Source of the DNA: a virus | Direction: 5' to 3' (one strand) | Virus record (IMG/VR): IMGVR_UViG_3300014059_000004 | DNA: 64,000 nt | Shown: positions 18,333 through 26,769 of the stretch, in pieces | Numbering within the stretch: the first letter of the stretch is position 1 | Layout: every line of letters starts with the position of its first letter | Notes under the pieces: generated by a model | What the model saw: only the letters and a program-made list of their open reading frames with translations | Told to the model about the DNA's origin: nothing | Databases searched by the model: none | Program-made: the position numbers and the translations under genes

Positions 18333-20225
18333 GTGGCTTGTAAAATAGCTGATCTGCAGGGTACATTTCAACTTATGGCACCAAGCACCAAAGCCAAGAA
18401 ATCTGTCATCGATAGCATCACGACGTTCCACAGCACTTTGAAAGTGAAGGTGTCAGATCTAAGGAACATCCAAGAAGAGCACGGCGACATGTGTTGCACG
18501 TTCATCGACGATGTTGTTCATGAGTATGACAATTGCGGCGAGGCAAAAGAGTGCAGCCAGTGCAAGGCGATGAACGATAATGACGCTCGTTTCTGCAAGC
18601 GGTGCGCTTACCCACAAGCAGGTTACGAGTTCATCAGCATCCCAAAGATCTATTGGTCAGATGTTGAAAACACTGCAAAGAATTCTTTTGAGAACGTAGT
18701 CATCAAGAAGCTTGTACCCCTGACAACGGGTCGAGCATTCTTCATCATGACGTACGTCAATCCAGATTATGAGCACGTTACAAAAGTCGTGGGGGCGGCG
18801 ATCGTAGACGGGAAGTACGAAGAGTGCGACGTGACTTTCACGTCGAAAGCAAACAAGCGAGTTCGTTACAACGTTGAACTTTTAGCACCACGAGACAAAA
18901 TGACTGAAAAGAACAAGACGCTAGTGACGCAAGTTAGAGATTTCTTCAACGTGAGCAAGGTGAAGCAAGTCATCCACGTTGGAACTGACATCTTTCAAGC
19001 ATCAACGCCTTTCTTGGAAGATCCCACCTGGTGGAACGGTTTGAAGAGCAGCTTCTCGATCTCCAAAGTGCTCATCGAGCAGTTTGAAGTGTGGGGAGAT
19101 GATTTCTTCTCTAGCGATGAGTGGTCTGCACCTTACAGCAGGGACTTCAACTCTACGATCATCAAGGTCGTCAGTCGCTATCCTTACGAGAACATTCGCA
19201 CCAACGATGATGCTACGATCATTCGCATGATCGATGCCGATGGCATCAAGATGGGTTACACGATGAACACCCGTCTCAACGTTCCTGGCAACATCTACGT
19301 TGATACTGCGAAGCTGAAAGAGGCTCAAGCTCTCATCAAGAAGATCTTGTGGGAATCGTTGAAAGATTCAAACCTCGTCATGAGGCAGAACAAGCGCGTT
19401 GGAACGTCTGACGATGATTCTAGGATCGTGTTTGAATCTGACGATGCCTTTCATCCCCTTGCATCTGAGAGAGCAACTTCGTACGCAGCATACTTGAAGC
19501 GGTGCATCGACGCTGACGTGCCGCGGTCAGTGATGCTGTACGGTCCGCCGGGGACTGGAAAGTCTACGATGGCTCGAACCATCGTGGAGAACCTTGGCAT
19601 GCGCAGCTTCCGAATTCGCGTTGAGGATGTTGCTAACCTTGAGAGCTCTACGCTCTTTGAGGCTATCACGATCTTTGAACCCGATGCAATCATCTTGGAT
19701 GACTTTGACAGAGCGCATGCGCAGGCGCAGCTGCTCGAGACGCTCGAGTTCTTCCAGAGGCACGTGAAGCTTGTCATCGCAACTGTCAACAATCGTAACA
19801 GTCTTGATGAGGCAATCCTTCGCCCTGGTCGCTTCGATGAGATGTTGTTTGTGAAGACAATGGACGGTGATGTTGTCAGGTCGATCCTTGGAACTTACGC
19901 TGATGAGGCTTACGAGCTCGTCAAGAATTGGCCCATCGCCTTCATCCAAGAGTACGTGAAGAGGCGTCGGTTCATGTCTGCCGCTGAAGCATCTGAGTCT
20001 ACGATCGAGCTCTCGAAGCGTGTTGCTCGCCTCGAGAAGTACGAGGATGATCCAGCGCCTGAAGTGACAACACTTGATGATCACTCTATGAAGACTGATC
20101 CGCCCGATAACGGTCCTATCACTGAAGATCTTGAAGGTGAAGAGAACGAAGAAGGAGGCGGCCCCGAGGGCGACGCCCCTTTTTGTCCACCGCTAGAAAC
20201 CTTAGTGATCTTACTACGAAGCTAG
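18333..20225 (+). CDS. AAA+ ATPase with N-terminal Cys-cluster (zinc-ribbon-like) region
   Basis: Walker A LYGPPGTGKST, Walker B AIILDDFD, SRH ILRPGRFDE; CSQCKAMNDNDARFCKRC; acidic C-terminus. Confidence 0.75.
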   Translation: MACKIADLQGTFQLMAPSTKAKKSVIDSITTFHSTLKVKVSDLRNIQEEHGDMCCTFIDDVVHEYDNCGEAKECSQCKAMNDNDARFCKRCAYPQAGYEFISIPKIYWSDVENTAKNSFENVVIKKLVPLTTGRAFFIMTYVNPDYEHVTKVVGAAIVDGKYEECDVTFTSKANKRVRYNVELLAPRDKMTEKNKTLVTQVRDFFNVSKVKQVIHVGTDIFQASTPFLEDPTWWNGLKSSFSISKVLIEQFEVWGDDFFSSDEWSAPYSRDFNSTIIKVVSRYPYENIRTNDDATIIRMIDADGIKMGYTMNTRLNVPGNIYVDTAKLKEAQALIKKILWESLKDSNLVMRQNKRVGTSDDDSRIVFESDDAFHPLASERATSYAAYLKRCIDADVPRSVMLYGPPGTGKSTMARTIVENLGMRSFRIRVEDVANLESSTLFEAITIFEPDAIILDDFDRAHAQAQLLETLEFFQRHVKLVIATVNNRNSLDEAILRPGRFDEMLFVKTMDGDVVRSILGTYADEAYELVKNWPIAFIQEYVKRRRFMSAAEASESTIELSKRVARLEKYEDDPAPEVTTLDDHSMKTDPPDNGPITEDLEGEENEEGGGPEGDAPFCPPLETLVILLRS

Positions 20226-20419
20226 AATGGGTTCAGTCTGAACAAAAAGGAGAATTTAAGCCCGCGCCCTTGAAGCCTGTTACGCCCGCGCAGCTGAAGA
20301 AATTTTACGCTCAACTGCGTCTACAGTATCCTGGGAAGATTGGTATTGCAAAGGTCAGTGAGGCTAGAGAGTTCAACAAGATGCTGAAAAAGCTAGTGTT
20401 TGGCAACAAGAAGAAGTGA
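20183..20419 (+). CDS. possible small protein
   Basis: 78 aa ORF overlapping 3' end of AAA+ gene; weak. Confidence 0.25.
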   Translation: MSTARNLSDLTTKLEWVQSEQKGEFKPAPLKPVTPAQLKKFYAQLRLQYPGKIGIAKVSEAREFNKMLKKLVFGNKKK

Positions 20420-20452
20420 AACTTTGATCTGCACAGATGTAAGATTGAATCA

Positions 20453-21385
20453 ATGCTAGGCGTTTGCTGCCATTGGCTTAAGTCTCACGTGCAACCACGC
20501 ACGGGTAACACTGTTCTCGTCAATGAGATGTCTGAACGTACGTTGCAGCTGGGAAGGTTCCAGCGCGGCGCGTACACTGACGAGCAGATCCGTGTTACGT
20601 ACATCAGCAACATCAAGAACCTCGCTGCGATGATACCCAAGGTGTCAGCAGCGGGGATTCGTCTATTTCGAATTTCGTCATCTCTGTTCCCGCTTGCTGA
20701 TAAAGTGCCTCGCAAGACGTGGGACAATCCTGCGGTTCGTGCAGAGTTGCAGCGTGCTGGCACAGCAGCAATCTCACGTGGTATACGGTTGACAACGCAC
20801 CCAGGTCAGTTCTGCGTCATATCGTCCGATTCTGACCGCGTTGTTGAGAATTCTTTCAACGAGTTGTCACTTCATGGCTGGATCTTTGATGCCATGGGTC
20901 TCCCGCGGTCGCCGCACGCAGCAATCAACATTCACGGTGGTAAGGGTGACCGTCATTCACGGCTCGTTGATGGCATTCGTTCGTTGCCACAGTCTGTTCG
21001 GTCTAGGCTTACGCTTGAGAACGATGAGTCAGCGTACTCTGTCGTCGACTTGCTACCCGTCTACAAGGAAACTGGCGTGCCGATCGTGTGGGATTCGCAC
21101 CATCATACGTTCAACGACGGCGAGCTAACTGCTGACGAAGCGTTCAATGTAACACAGTTGACATGGCCGAAAGGTGTGATACCTCTTCAGCACATATCAA
21201 ACACTGAGCCTTCATTGTTGAACGGTTCATTTATTGACAGGAGGAAGCATAGCGACTACATCCATCATGTTCCTGATTGTCAGCTCCGTGGGCTTAGGGA
21301 TGATACAATCGCCGTAGAAGTCGAAGCTAAGCACAAGAATCTTAGCGTTGACCTCATGGCATCGATGTTCAACATACCTAAATGA
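20453..21385 (+). CDS. uvdE: UV damage endonuclease UvdE
   Basis: RISSSLFP, THPGQF, INIHGGKGDR, LTLENDESAYSV, PIVWDSHHH motifs of UvdE/TIM-barrel AP endonuclease family. Confidence 0.8.
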   Translation: MLGVCCHWLKSHVQPRTGNTVLVNEMSERTLQLGRFQRGAYTDEQIRVTYISNIKNLAAMIPKVSAAGIRLFRISSSLFPLADKVPRKTWDNPAVRAELQRAGTAAISRGIRLTTHPGQFCVISSDSDRVVENSFNELSLHGWIFDAMGLPRSPHAAINIHGGKGDRHSRLVDGIRSLPQSVRSRLTLENDESAYSVVDLLPVYKETGVPIVWDSHHHTFNDGELTADEAFNVTQLTWPKGVIPLQHISNTEPSLLNGSFIDRRKHSDYIHHVPDCQLRGLRDDTIAVEVEAKHKNLSVDLMASMFNIPK

Positions 21386-21410
21386 TATGGGCTCGGAGTG
21401 ACTACTTATC

Positions 21411-21734
21411 ATGAGAATTAAGATGGCAACTAGAACACCTTCTAAGGGATCACTCACGGACGGTACTGAATTCCAGCTGCACAAATCTCAATTGATGTTG
21501 TTCAGCGGGATCATGAGCAAGGTGATTGATTTCACTGAACACAAGCTTCTGAAGTGCATTGATTCGGTTGATGACGTGCAGCAGAAAGTAGTGTTGAAAG
21601 ATCTCCTTGACAAGTACAGAAAAGGCACAGTTGCGGTATCATGGCGAAAAGGCCGACCGGTTCAACTACCAGTGACTAAGGAAAAGTTACTTCTGAACAC
21701 TGCGTCAGATTGTGGTAAAATGAAGGTACCATGA
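21411..21734 (+). CDS. hypothetical protein upstream of chaperonin
   Basis: 107 aa; no GroES mobile-loop signature. Confidence 0.45.
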   Translation: MRIKMATRTPSKGSLTDGTEFQLHKSQLMLFSGIMSKVIDFTEHKLLKCIDSVDDVQQKVVLKDLLDKYRKGTVAVSWRKGRPVQLPVTKEKLLLNTASDCGKMKVP

Positions 21735-23356
21735 TCAATGACGTCGAGACACACAACATTACGAAAGTTTTCTTCAAGAACGACGCGAGGCGTAGACTCT
21801 ATCGAGGAATAGAGTGCACAGCTGAAAGCGTTGCATGCACGCTGGGACCGAAAAGAAAGACAGTCGTCATCCAGAAGAAAGATGGACCGCCAGTTGTCAC
21901 CAAGGACGGCGTTACGGTTTCAAAGTCAGTCAGGCCCAAAGATCCAGTTGAAAGGATGGGAGCAGATCTGATCAGGGAGGCAGCATCACAGACGAACGAG
22001 GTTGCTGGTGATGGCACAACGACAGCAACGGTGTTGACTTACGCTCTAGTCAAGGGTGGGTTGAAGTACCTTGAAGCAGGGTTTGAAGCAAAAGAGCTGT
22101 GCGAAGGGATGGAACGAGCTCGAGTGCTAGTCGATGAATACCTTGTGAAATCTGCTAAGAAGCTGACGACCAAAGAAGAGATCGCTCAGGTCGGCACGAT
22201 CTCTGCGAACGGCGACGGTCGCATCGGCAACCTCATCGCTGATGCGATGGAGAAGGTCGGATCTGACGGCATCATCACCGTTGAGGATGCAAAAGGAATG
22301 GAGACAACGCTTGAAACTGTCGAAGGTATGCAGTTCGAGCGTGGTTACTTGAGCCCTTACTTCGTCACCAACCAAGAACGAATGAATGTCACTTACAATG
22401 ATGCTCGCGTTCTTGTCACTGACAAGAAACTATCATCGCTGAGCGAGCTGATTCCTCTGCTTGAGAAAGTCGTAAGATCCCAGTCAAAGCTGCTCATCAT
22501 TGCCGAAGATGTTGATGGTGAAGCGATGCAAGGACTGGTCGTCAACCGCGTCAATGCGAACCTAGCAGTCGTTGCTGTCAAAGCACCGGGTTACGGAAAA
22601 CACAAGGATGAACTGCTTCACGATATCGCAGTTCTTACTGGTACGACAGTTGTGTCGCCAGCTGCTGGATTGAAGATCGAGAAGCTTGAGCTCAACGATC
22701 TTGGTACTGTCAAGAAGGTCGTCGTTGATGCTAAGTCGACAACGTTGGTCGGAGCTGGCGCATCTCGGCCCGCTGTTGACGCTCACGTTGCAAATCTTAG
22801 GACGCAGCTCGAAGACGTGACGCTAACAACTGATGAAGTGACAAAGTTGAAGGTGCGCATCGCGCGGCTTGCTTCTGGCGTTGCTGTCATCAAGGTCGGA
22901 GGCTCAACTGAGCTTGAGATGATTGAGAAGAAGTATCGCATCGAAGATGCTCTGAACGCAACGCGAGCAGCGGTCGCCGAGGGCATCGTAGCTGGCGGCG
23001 GAACTGCATTCTTCAATGCCACGTGGATGGTTGACGTGCCTCAAGATGATGTTGGTGCAAAGCTTGTCATGACATCAATCCTAGCACCCTTGCAGACGAT
23101 CGTTTCGAATGCCGGAAAGTCACATGAAGTCGTCATCAACAATCTACGAAGTGGAATGATCAAGTCAGACATCCAGTTTCGTGGTTACGACGCTGCAAGC
23201 GACAGAGAAGTTGACATGTTTGCTCATGGCATCATCGATCCAGTGAAAGTTTCCAGGACGGCTTTGAAGAACGCAGTTTCAGTAGCAATCACATTTTTGT
23301 CTATCGGCGCAGTGATAGTTGAAGACACCAAGGATAGTGAAAAAGATGATCAATGA
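21731..23356 (+). CDS. groL: GroEL/Hsp60-type chaperonin
   Basis: TLGPKRKTVV, AGDGTTTATVL, equatorial/apical signature regions, GGGTAF near C-term; ATGA coupling. Confidence 0.9.
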   Translation: MINDVETHNITKVFFKNDARRRLYRGIECTAESVACTLGPKRKTVVIQKKDGPPVVTKDGVTVSKSVRPKDPVERMGADLIREAASQTNEVAGDGTTTATVLTYALVKGGLKYLEAGFEAKELCEGMERARVLVDEYLVKSAKKLTTKEEIAQVGTISANGDGRIGNLIADAMEKVGSDGIITVEDAKGMETTLETVEGMQFERGYLSPYFVTNQERMNVTYNDARVLVTDKKLSSLSELIPLLEKVVRSQSKLLIIAEDVDGEAMQGLVVNRVNANLAVVAVKAPGYGKHKDELLHDIAVLTGTTVVSPAAGLKIEKLELNDLGTVKKVVVDAKSTTLVGAGASRPAVDAHVANLRTQLEDVTLTTDEVTKLKVRIARLASGVAVIKVGGSTELEMIEKKYRIEDALNATRAAVAEGIVAGGGTAFFNATWMVDVPQDDVGAKLVMTSILAPLQTIVSNAGKSHEVVINNLRSGMIKSDIQFRGYDAASDREVDMFAHGIIDPVKVSRTALKNAVSVAITFLSIGAVIVEDTKDSEKDDQ

Positions 23357-23729
23357 AGAGTTGAACAAAGAAGAGAACGTAAAGATCGAGGACATTGACT
23401 GGGAGTCTGTCTCGCACGGCGAGAAGATGTCATTCAGCACGATTCAGTTCCTTGCTGATATGTACGGCAACTCAGTGACCGTCAGCAAGGAAGTTTACAG
23501 CGCGAAGCTTGAAACGATGTTCATCTCTGTTGTCATCGTTCTAGTGGGCCTGCTGGTGAAGATGTCAATGGTTGGAATCATCTGCACCGTTGGAATCTAC
23601 ATGTTCTTGAGCACGATCATAGCAGCATTCAAAGAAGGAGCGGCTCGAGTGCTTCATGATGATGCGTTGATCTTGCTTCGTGGCACGCTGCTCGTCTTCA
23701 AGAAGAAATACCCGTCTAGCAAGAAGTGA
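23346..23729 (+). CDS. membrane protein
   Basis: Two hydrophobic helices (VVIVLVGLLVKMSMVGIICTVGIYMFLSTIIAAF). Confidence 0.5.
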   Translation: MINEELNKEENVKIEDIDWESVSHGEKMSFSTIQFLADMYGNSVTVSKEVYSAKLETMFISVVIVLVGLLVKMSMVGIICTVGIYMFLSTIIAAFKEGAARVLHDDALILLRGTLLVFKKKYPSSKK

Positions 23730-23747
23730 GTTTTACTTATTGAGAAG

Positions 23748-23945
23748 ATGAAATTCCAAGTTGGTGATCTTGTCACGATTGCAAACAACAACGGATACGT
23801 TTCAACTAAAGACTCTGGTCTCATCATCTCTGTAAGAGCTGCGAACCAGAATAAGTCTTACCAGTACGAGAGCGTGTACTACGTGTGGCTGAACAAGGGC
23901 TCTATGATGGGTCCCTTGTTCAGCCACGAACTTCTAGGCTTCTAG
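23748..23945 (+). CDS. array-family paralog (plus strand outlier)
   Basis: N-term MKFQVGDLV. Confidence 0.5.
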   Translation: MKFQVGDLVTIANNNGYVSTKDSGLIISVRAANQNKSYQYESVYYVWLNKGSMMGPLFSHELLGF

Positions 23946-24173
23946 AAGCTTTATCTGCGATTCATGAGCAGTTGTTAGTCGACCAAGGCTTGGAAAGTAT
24001 ACAACGATCGTCCCGTACAGAGTGTAGTCTGGGATTTCGTTGCTTCCAACATCTACTTGAACGACGATGCCAATGTCTTTTGGGCTCAACACGTAGTACT
24101 TGTTAGGGTCAGAGCAATTGAGGGCCGTGACAACCCTTGCTCTCTGCGTCTCTACCAAGTCGCCCGGTTTCAT
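23934..24173 (-). CDS. array paralog
   Basis: N-term MKPGDLV. Confidence 0.55.
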   Translation of the reverse strand: MKPGDLVETQRARVVTALNCSDPNKYYVLSPKDIGIVVQVDVGSNEIPDYTLYGTIVVYFPSLGRLTTAHESQIKLLEA

Positions 24174-24176
24174 CTT

Positions 24177-24431
24177 TTACAACGATAGCCAATTGCTGTC
24201 CCAGCTAACTGTGTCGCACCCGTAATCGTACAAACGACCGTTGATCAGCAACGACACGTGAGTTCTTTGACCCTTGCTTTGAGATCTTACGATCACAGCA
24301 ATCATGCCGCTCTTGATTGCTATGGATGATGGTCTTCTGATGAGCGGCGCTGCCCATCCCAAGATCAGCTTCCTTGCCATCACTAGATCACCAGGCTTAG
24401 GCGTATTCAAATTTTCTCCAAGATTTTCCAC
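24177..24431 (-). CDS. array paralog
   Basis: PKPGDLV near N-term. Confidence 0.5.
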   Translation of the reverse strand: MENLGENLNTPKPGDLVMARKLILGWAAPLIRRPSSIAIKSGMIAVIVRSQSKGQRTHVSLLINGRLYDYGCDTVSWDSNWLSL

Positions 24432-24633
24432 GCTCAGATTCCCAAAAGAGAGCAGTCTGCAAGGTGCCGTCAGAGCATAGTACTACAATCTCGTGCGCTC
24501 GTACATTTTCACCGAACGAAGTCACGATCTTGACGATCGATCCAAACCGCGGTTTGATTGCACCCTTTCCAAACCATGCGACTAGATCACCCACATCCAG
24601 AGTTTTTGGTGTTGATGTGAATCTTTGAAGCAT
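24397..24633 (-). CDS. array paralog (start trimmed to internal ATG)
   Basis: MLQRFTSTPKTLDVGDLV. Confidence 0.45.
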   Translation of the reverse strand: MLQRFTSTPKTLDVGDLVAWFGKGAIKPRFGSIVKIVTSFGENVRAHEIVVLCSDGTLQTALFWESERGKSWRKFEYA

Positions 24634-24814
24634 GTCCACACTCGGGGCAGCTGAACGTGATCCAAAAACCGCCCCTGACAACGCGCTCTGGGTGCTTTGA
24701 GCCACATTCACCGCAGCAACCTTCAGCTTCAGCGCGTAGCTTGCGTATCCAAGGATGTTCATCTGATGATGTTGCTTCGACGAGCACCGTGAACATTCTA
24801 GCGATATTCAGCAT
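24587..24814 (-). CDS. possible zinc-ribbon small protein
   Basis: CCGECGSKH...(17)...SCPECGHASK; overlaps untrimmed neighbour, uncertain. Confidence 0.3.
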   Translation of the reverse strand: MLNIARMFTVLVEATSSDEHPWIRKLRAEAEGCCGECGSKHPERVVRGGFWITFSCPECGHASKIHINTKNSGCG

Positions 24815-24826
24815 TGCCCGACAAGG

Positions 24827-25027
24827 TTAAGTATCGCTGAGAATCTCAACTTTGTCAATGATCCACCAAGTAGCAACTTCGAACGTTTGGTGCTCATAGA
24901 ACAAACCAGTTTTATCGTCAGTGTGCCACAGGATTGTCACAAGAGCACCATCTGGTATGACGAAACCTTTGAACGTGCGATACAGCTGGTTGAGCTTGAC
25001 AAGATCGCCAGGCCGTATCGTGAGCAT
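24827..25027 (-). CDS. array paralog
   Basis: N-term MLTIRPGDLV. Confidence 0.55.
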   Translation of the reverse strand: MLTIRPGDLVKLNQLYRTFKGFVIPDGALVTILWHTDDKTGLFYEHQTFEVATWWIIDKVEILSDT

Positions 25028-25074
25028 AGATCATTGTACAATGAACTTGGTACGAAGTACAGTATCATTTACAG

Positions 25075-25455
25075 ATGGAATTTGACTTGGGTGAGGGAGC
25101 TCACCATGTGCACGTTGGTGGTGTTAATGCAGAGATGGAGTTGCCGGCAAGCTTTAACGTGCTACCGCGTGAAGATCAAGTGCAAGCTCAGCTAGCAGCT
25201 GATTTTTTCCAACGCATCGTTGCTGCAGAGCGCGAGGGTTCTAAGGTTACGCTAGTCACAGCGATCGGTGAGATCTTTGTTCTTCGTGCTGGTGATGCAG
25301 GTCTGCCAGATGGTGATGTGCACCCTGGTGATTTCGGTAAGAAGATCACTGTCGGTGACTTTGAAGCATTGTCAAGTTGGATTCTTGCGTTGAGCACCAA
25401 GATAATCAGCGTTGTTGACTTATTTAGTAGATGCGAATCAACGTCGAAAGAGTAA
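25075..25455 (+). CDS. possible hypothetical protein
   Basis: 126 aa ORF, no motif; weak. Confidence 0.3.
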   Translation: MEFDLGEGAHHVHVGGVNAEMELPASFNVLPREDQVQAQLAADFFQRIVAAEREGSKVTLVTAIGEIFVLRAGDAGLPDGDVHPGDFGKKITVGDFEALSSWILALSTKIISVVDLFSRCESTSKE

Positions 25456-25667
25456 GGCAGATCGTTCGTGAAGAGATCGAAAGAATGATGAATCGATCTG
25501 CTGGGATGTTCGGCGGTGGAGGTATAAGCAGGTCAGACAATGGTGTCGTGCCTCCACCTCCAGGATTGGGCAGTCCGAGCGAAGAGATAGAGAATGAAAA
25601 ACAAGAACAAGATGAACCAAGCCAGTCAGTCGTCCGAGCAAACAACAGAGCGGGAAGACGCGATTGA
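25431..25667 (+). CDS. small protein, paralog of 29098..29499 (shared RVRQIVxEEI motif)
   Basis: MRINVERVRQIVREEIER... vs VKITIARVRQIVLEEILRE. Confidence 0.45.
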   Translation: MRINVERVRQIVREEIERMMNRSAGMFGGGGISRSDNGVVPPPPGLGSPSEEIENEKQEQDEPSQSVVRANNRAGRRD

Positions 25668-25866
25668 GCTTCAAGGCGTGGTGGATGAAGCTCTACCTGG
25701 GACGCTGTTTAGCGTCATCGTAGAAGGCGGCAATAAAGTTCTAGCCACGCTGTCTGGCAAGCTTCGCATCAACAGGATCAGGTTGATCCCAGGTGATCGT
25801 GTTACAGTGGCGGTTTCGCCCTATGACTGTTCTCGAGGGCGCGTATTGTGGCGACTCTTAACATAG
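25594..25866 (+). CDS. infA: translation initiation factor IF-1 homolog
   Basis: EDAIELQGVVDEALPGTLFSVIVEGGNKVLATLSGKLRINRIRLIPGDRVTVAVSPYDCSRGRVLWR aligns over full length with bacterial IF-1 (S1-like OB fold). Confidence 0.75.
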   Translation: MKNKNKMNQASQSSEQTTEREDAIELQGVVDEALPGTLFSVIVEGGNKVLATLSGKLRINRIRLIPGDRVTVAVSPYDCSRGRVLWRLLT

Positions 25867-25877
25867 ATTTCAACTAC

Positions 25878-26737
25878 TTACGCAACGTGCTCGACGTGCT
25901 GCATAACTTCAGCATGTCGGGCTTTCAGCGTTCCAGCGATCAGCTTTGCTTCGCCGTTCCATTCGGCAGCCAGATCGTTCATTCCATGCGACTTGAGCTC
26001 TTCAGCAACTTCCTTGCTTGCGGCGCTGAGCGTTGATGCTATGCTGCTCCATGGAACTGATGCAAAAGTTTTCCCAGCTTTCACCAAGTCTGCGTGCTGG
26101 TAGACACGCCCGGCGCCGCCGAACGATGGATCTAGCATCGTCTTCAGCTCACCCGGTTTATCGCCGAACTTTCCGCCTTTCCTACCACCTTGAGCTCTGA
26201 ACGTCAGAGACCCGCCTGGGTCGATGCGCGTTGCCTTTCCTTTGTCTGCGATGACGTTGCCCGATCCGGTGCCGATGACGTCCCAGTTTGCAAGGAAGAT
26301 GTCAACGTACACGCCAGCTGACAGCATGCTAGCCAATTCTTTAGCTGGGATCGTTTCAAGTGCCATCTTGCCTGCAACGGCTGACGTAGCCAGTCCAACC
26401 TTGCCACCTTTGCGATCGTACACGAGCTCAACGTTTGGGATGTCGACACCTGGGTACAGCGAGTAAACTTTGTACGCAAGGTACTCAACTAGGATCTGCA
26501 AGCTTGGGTTGACGCCATCAAACAACGACTCGTCTGAGAACTTCAAGTAGTACTTGTTGCCACCGATGCTGCACGTCTTCATGACGTGAGTAGAACCTGC
26601 TGCGAAGCAGACGTCACCTACGTCTTCAATGTCAACTTCGTTGAGGACTGCTACCCTGATGAGCTCCTTCAGCTCGTTTATTCTTATAAGCATAGGTGGT
26701 TTTCCTTGGTTCTTTTTCTTTGAATTAACTGTGGGCA
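25878..26737 (-). CDS. hypothetical protein (about 286 aa)
   Basis: Start trimmed to MPTVNSKK just downstream of upstream stop; Gly-rich C-term. Confidence 0.5.
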
Positions 26738-26769
26738 TCCTGTGACCACCAGCGGTTAAATATAGGGTC

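Noticed and set aside
21411-21734. GroES co-chaperonin upstream of GroEL
   Set aside because: The 107-aa product lacks the GroES mobile-loop and roof-hairpin pattern. Annotated only as hypothetical.
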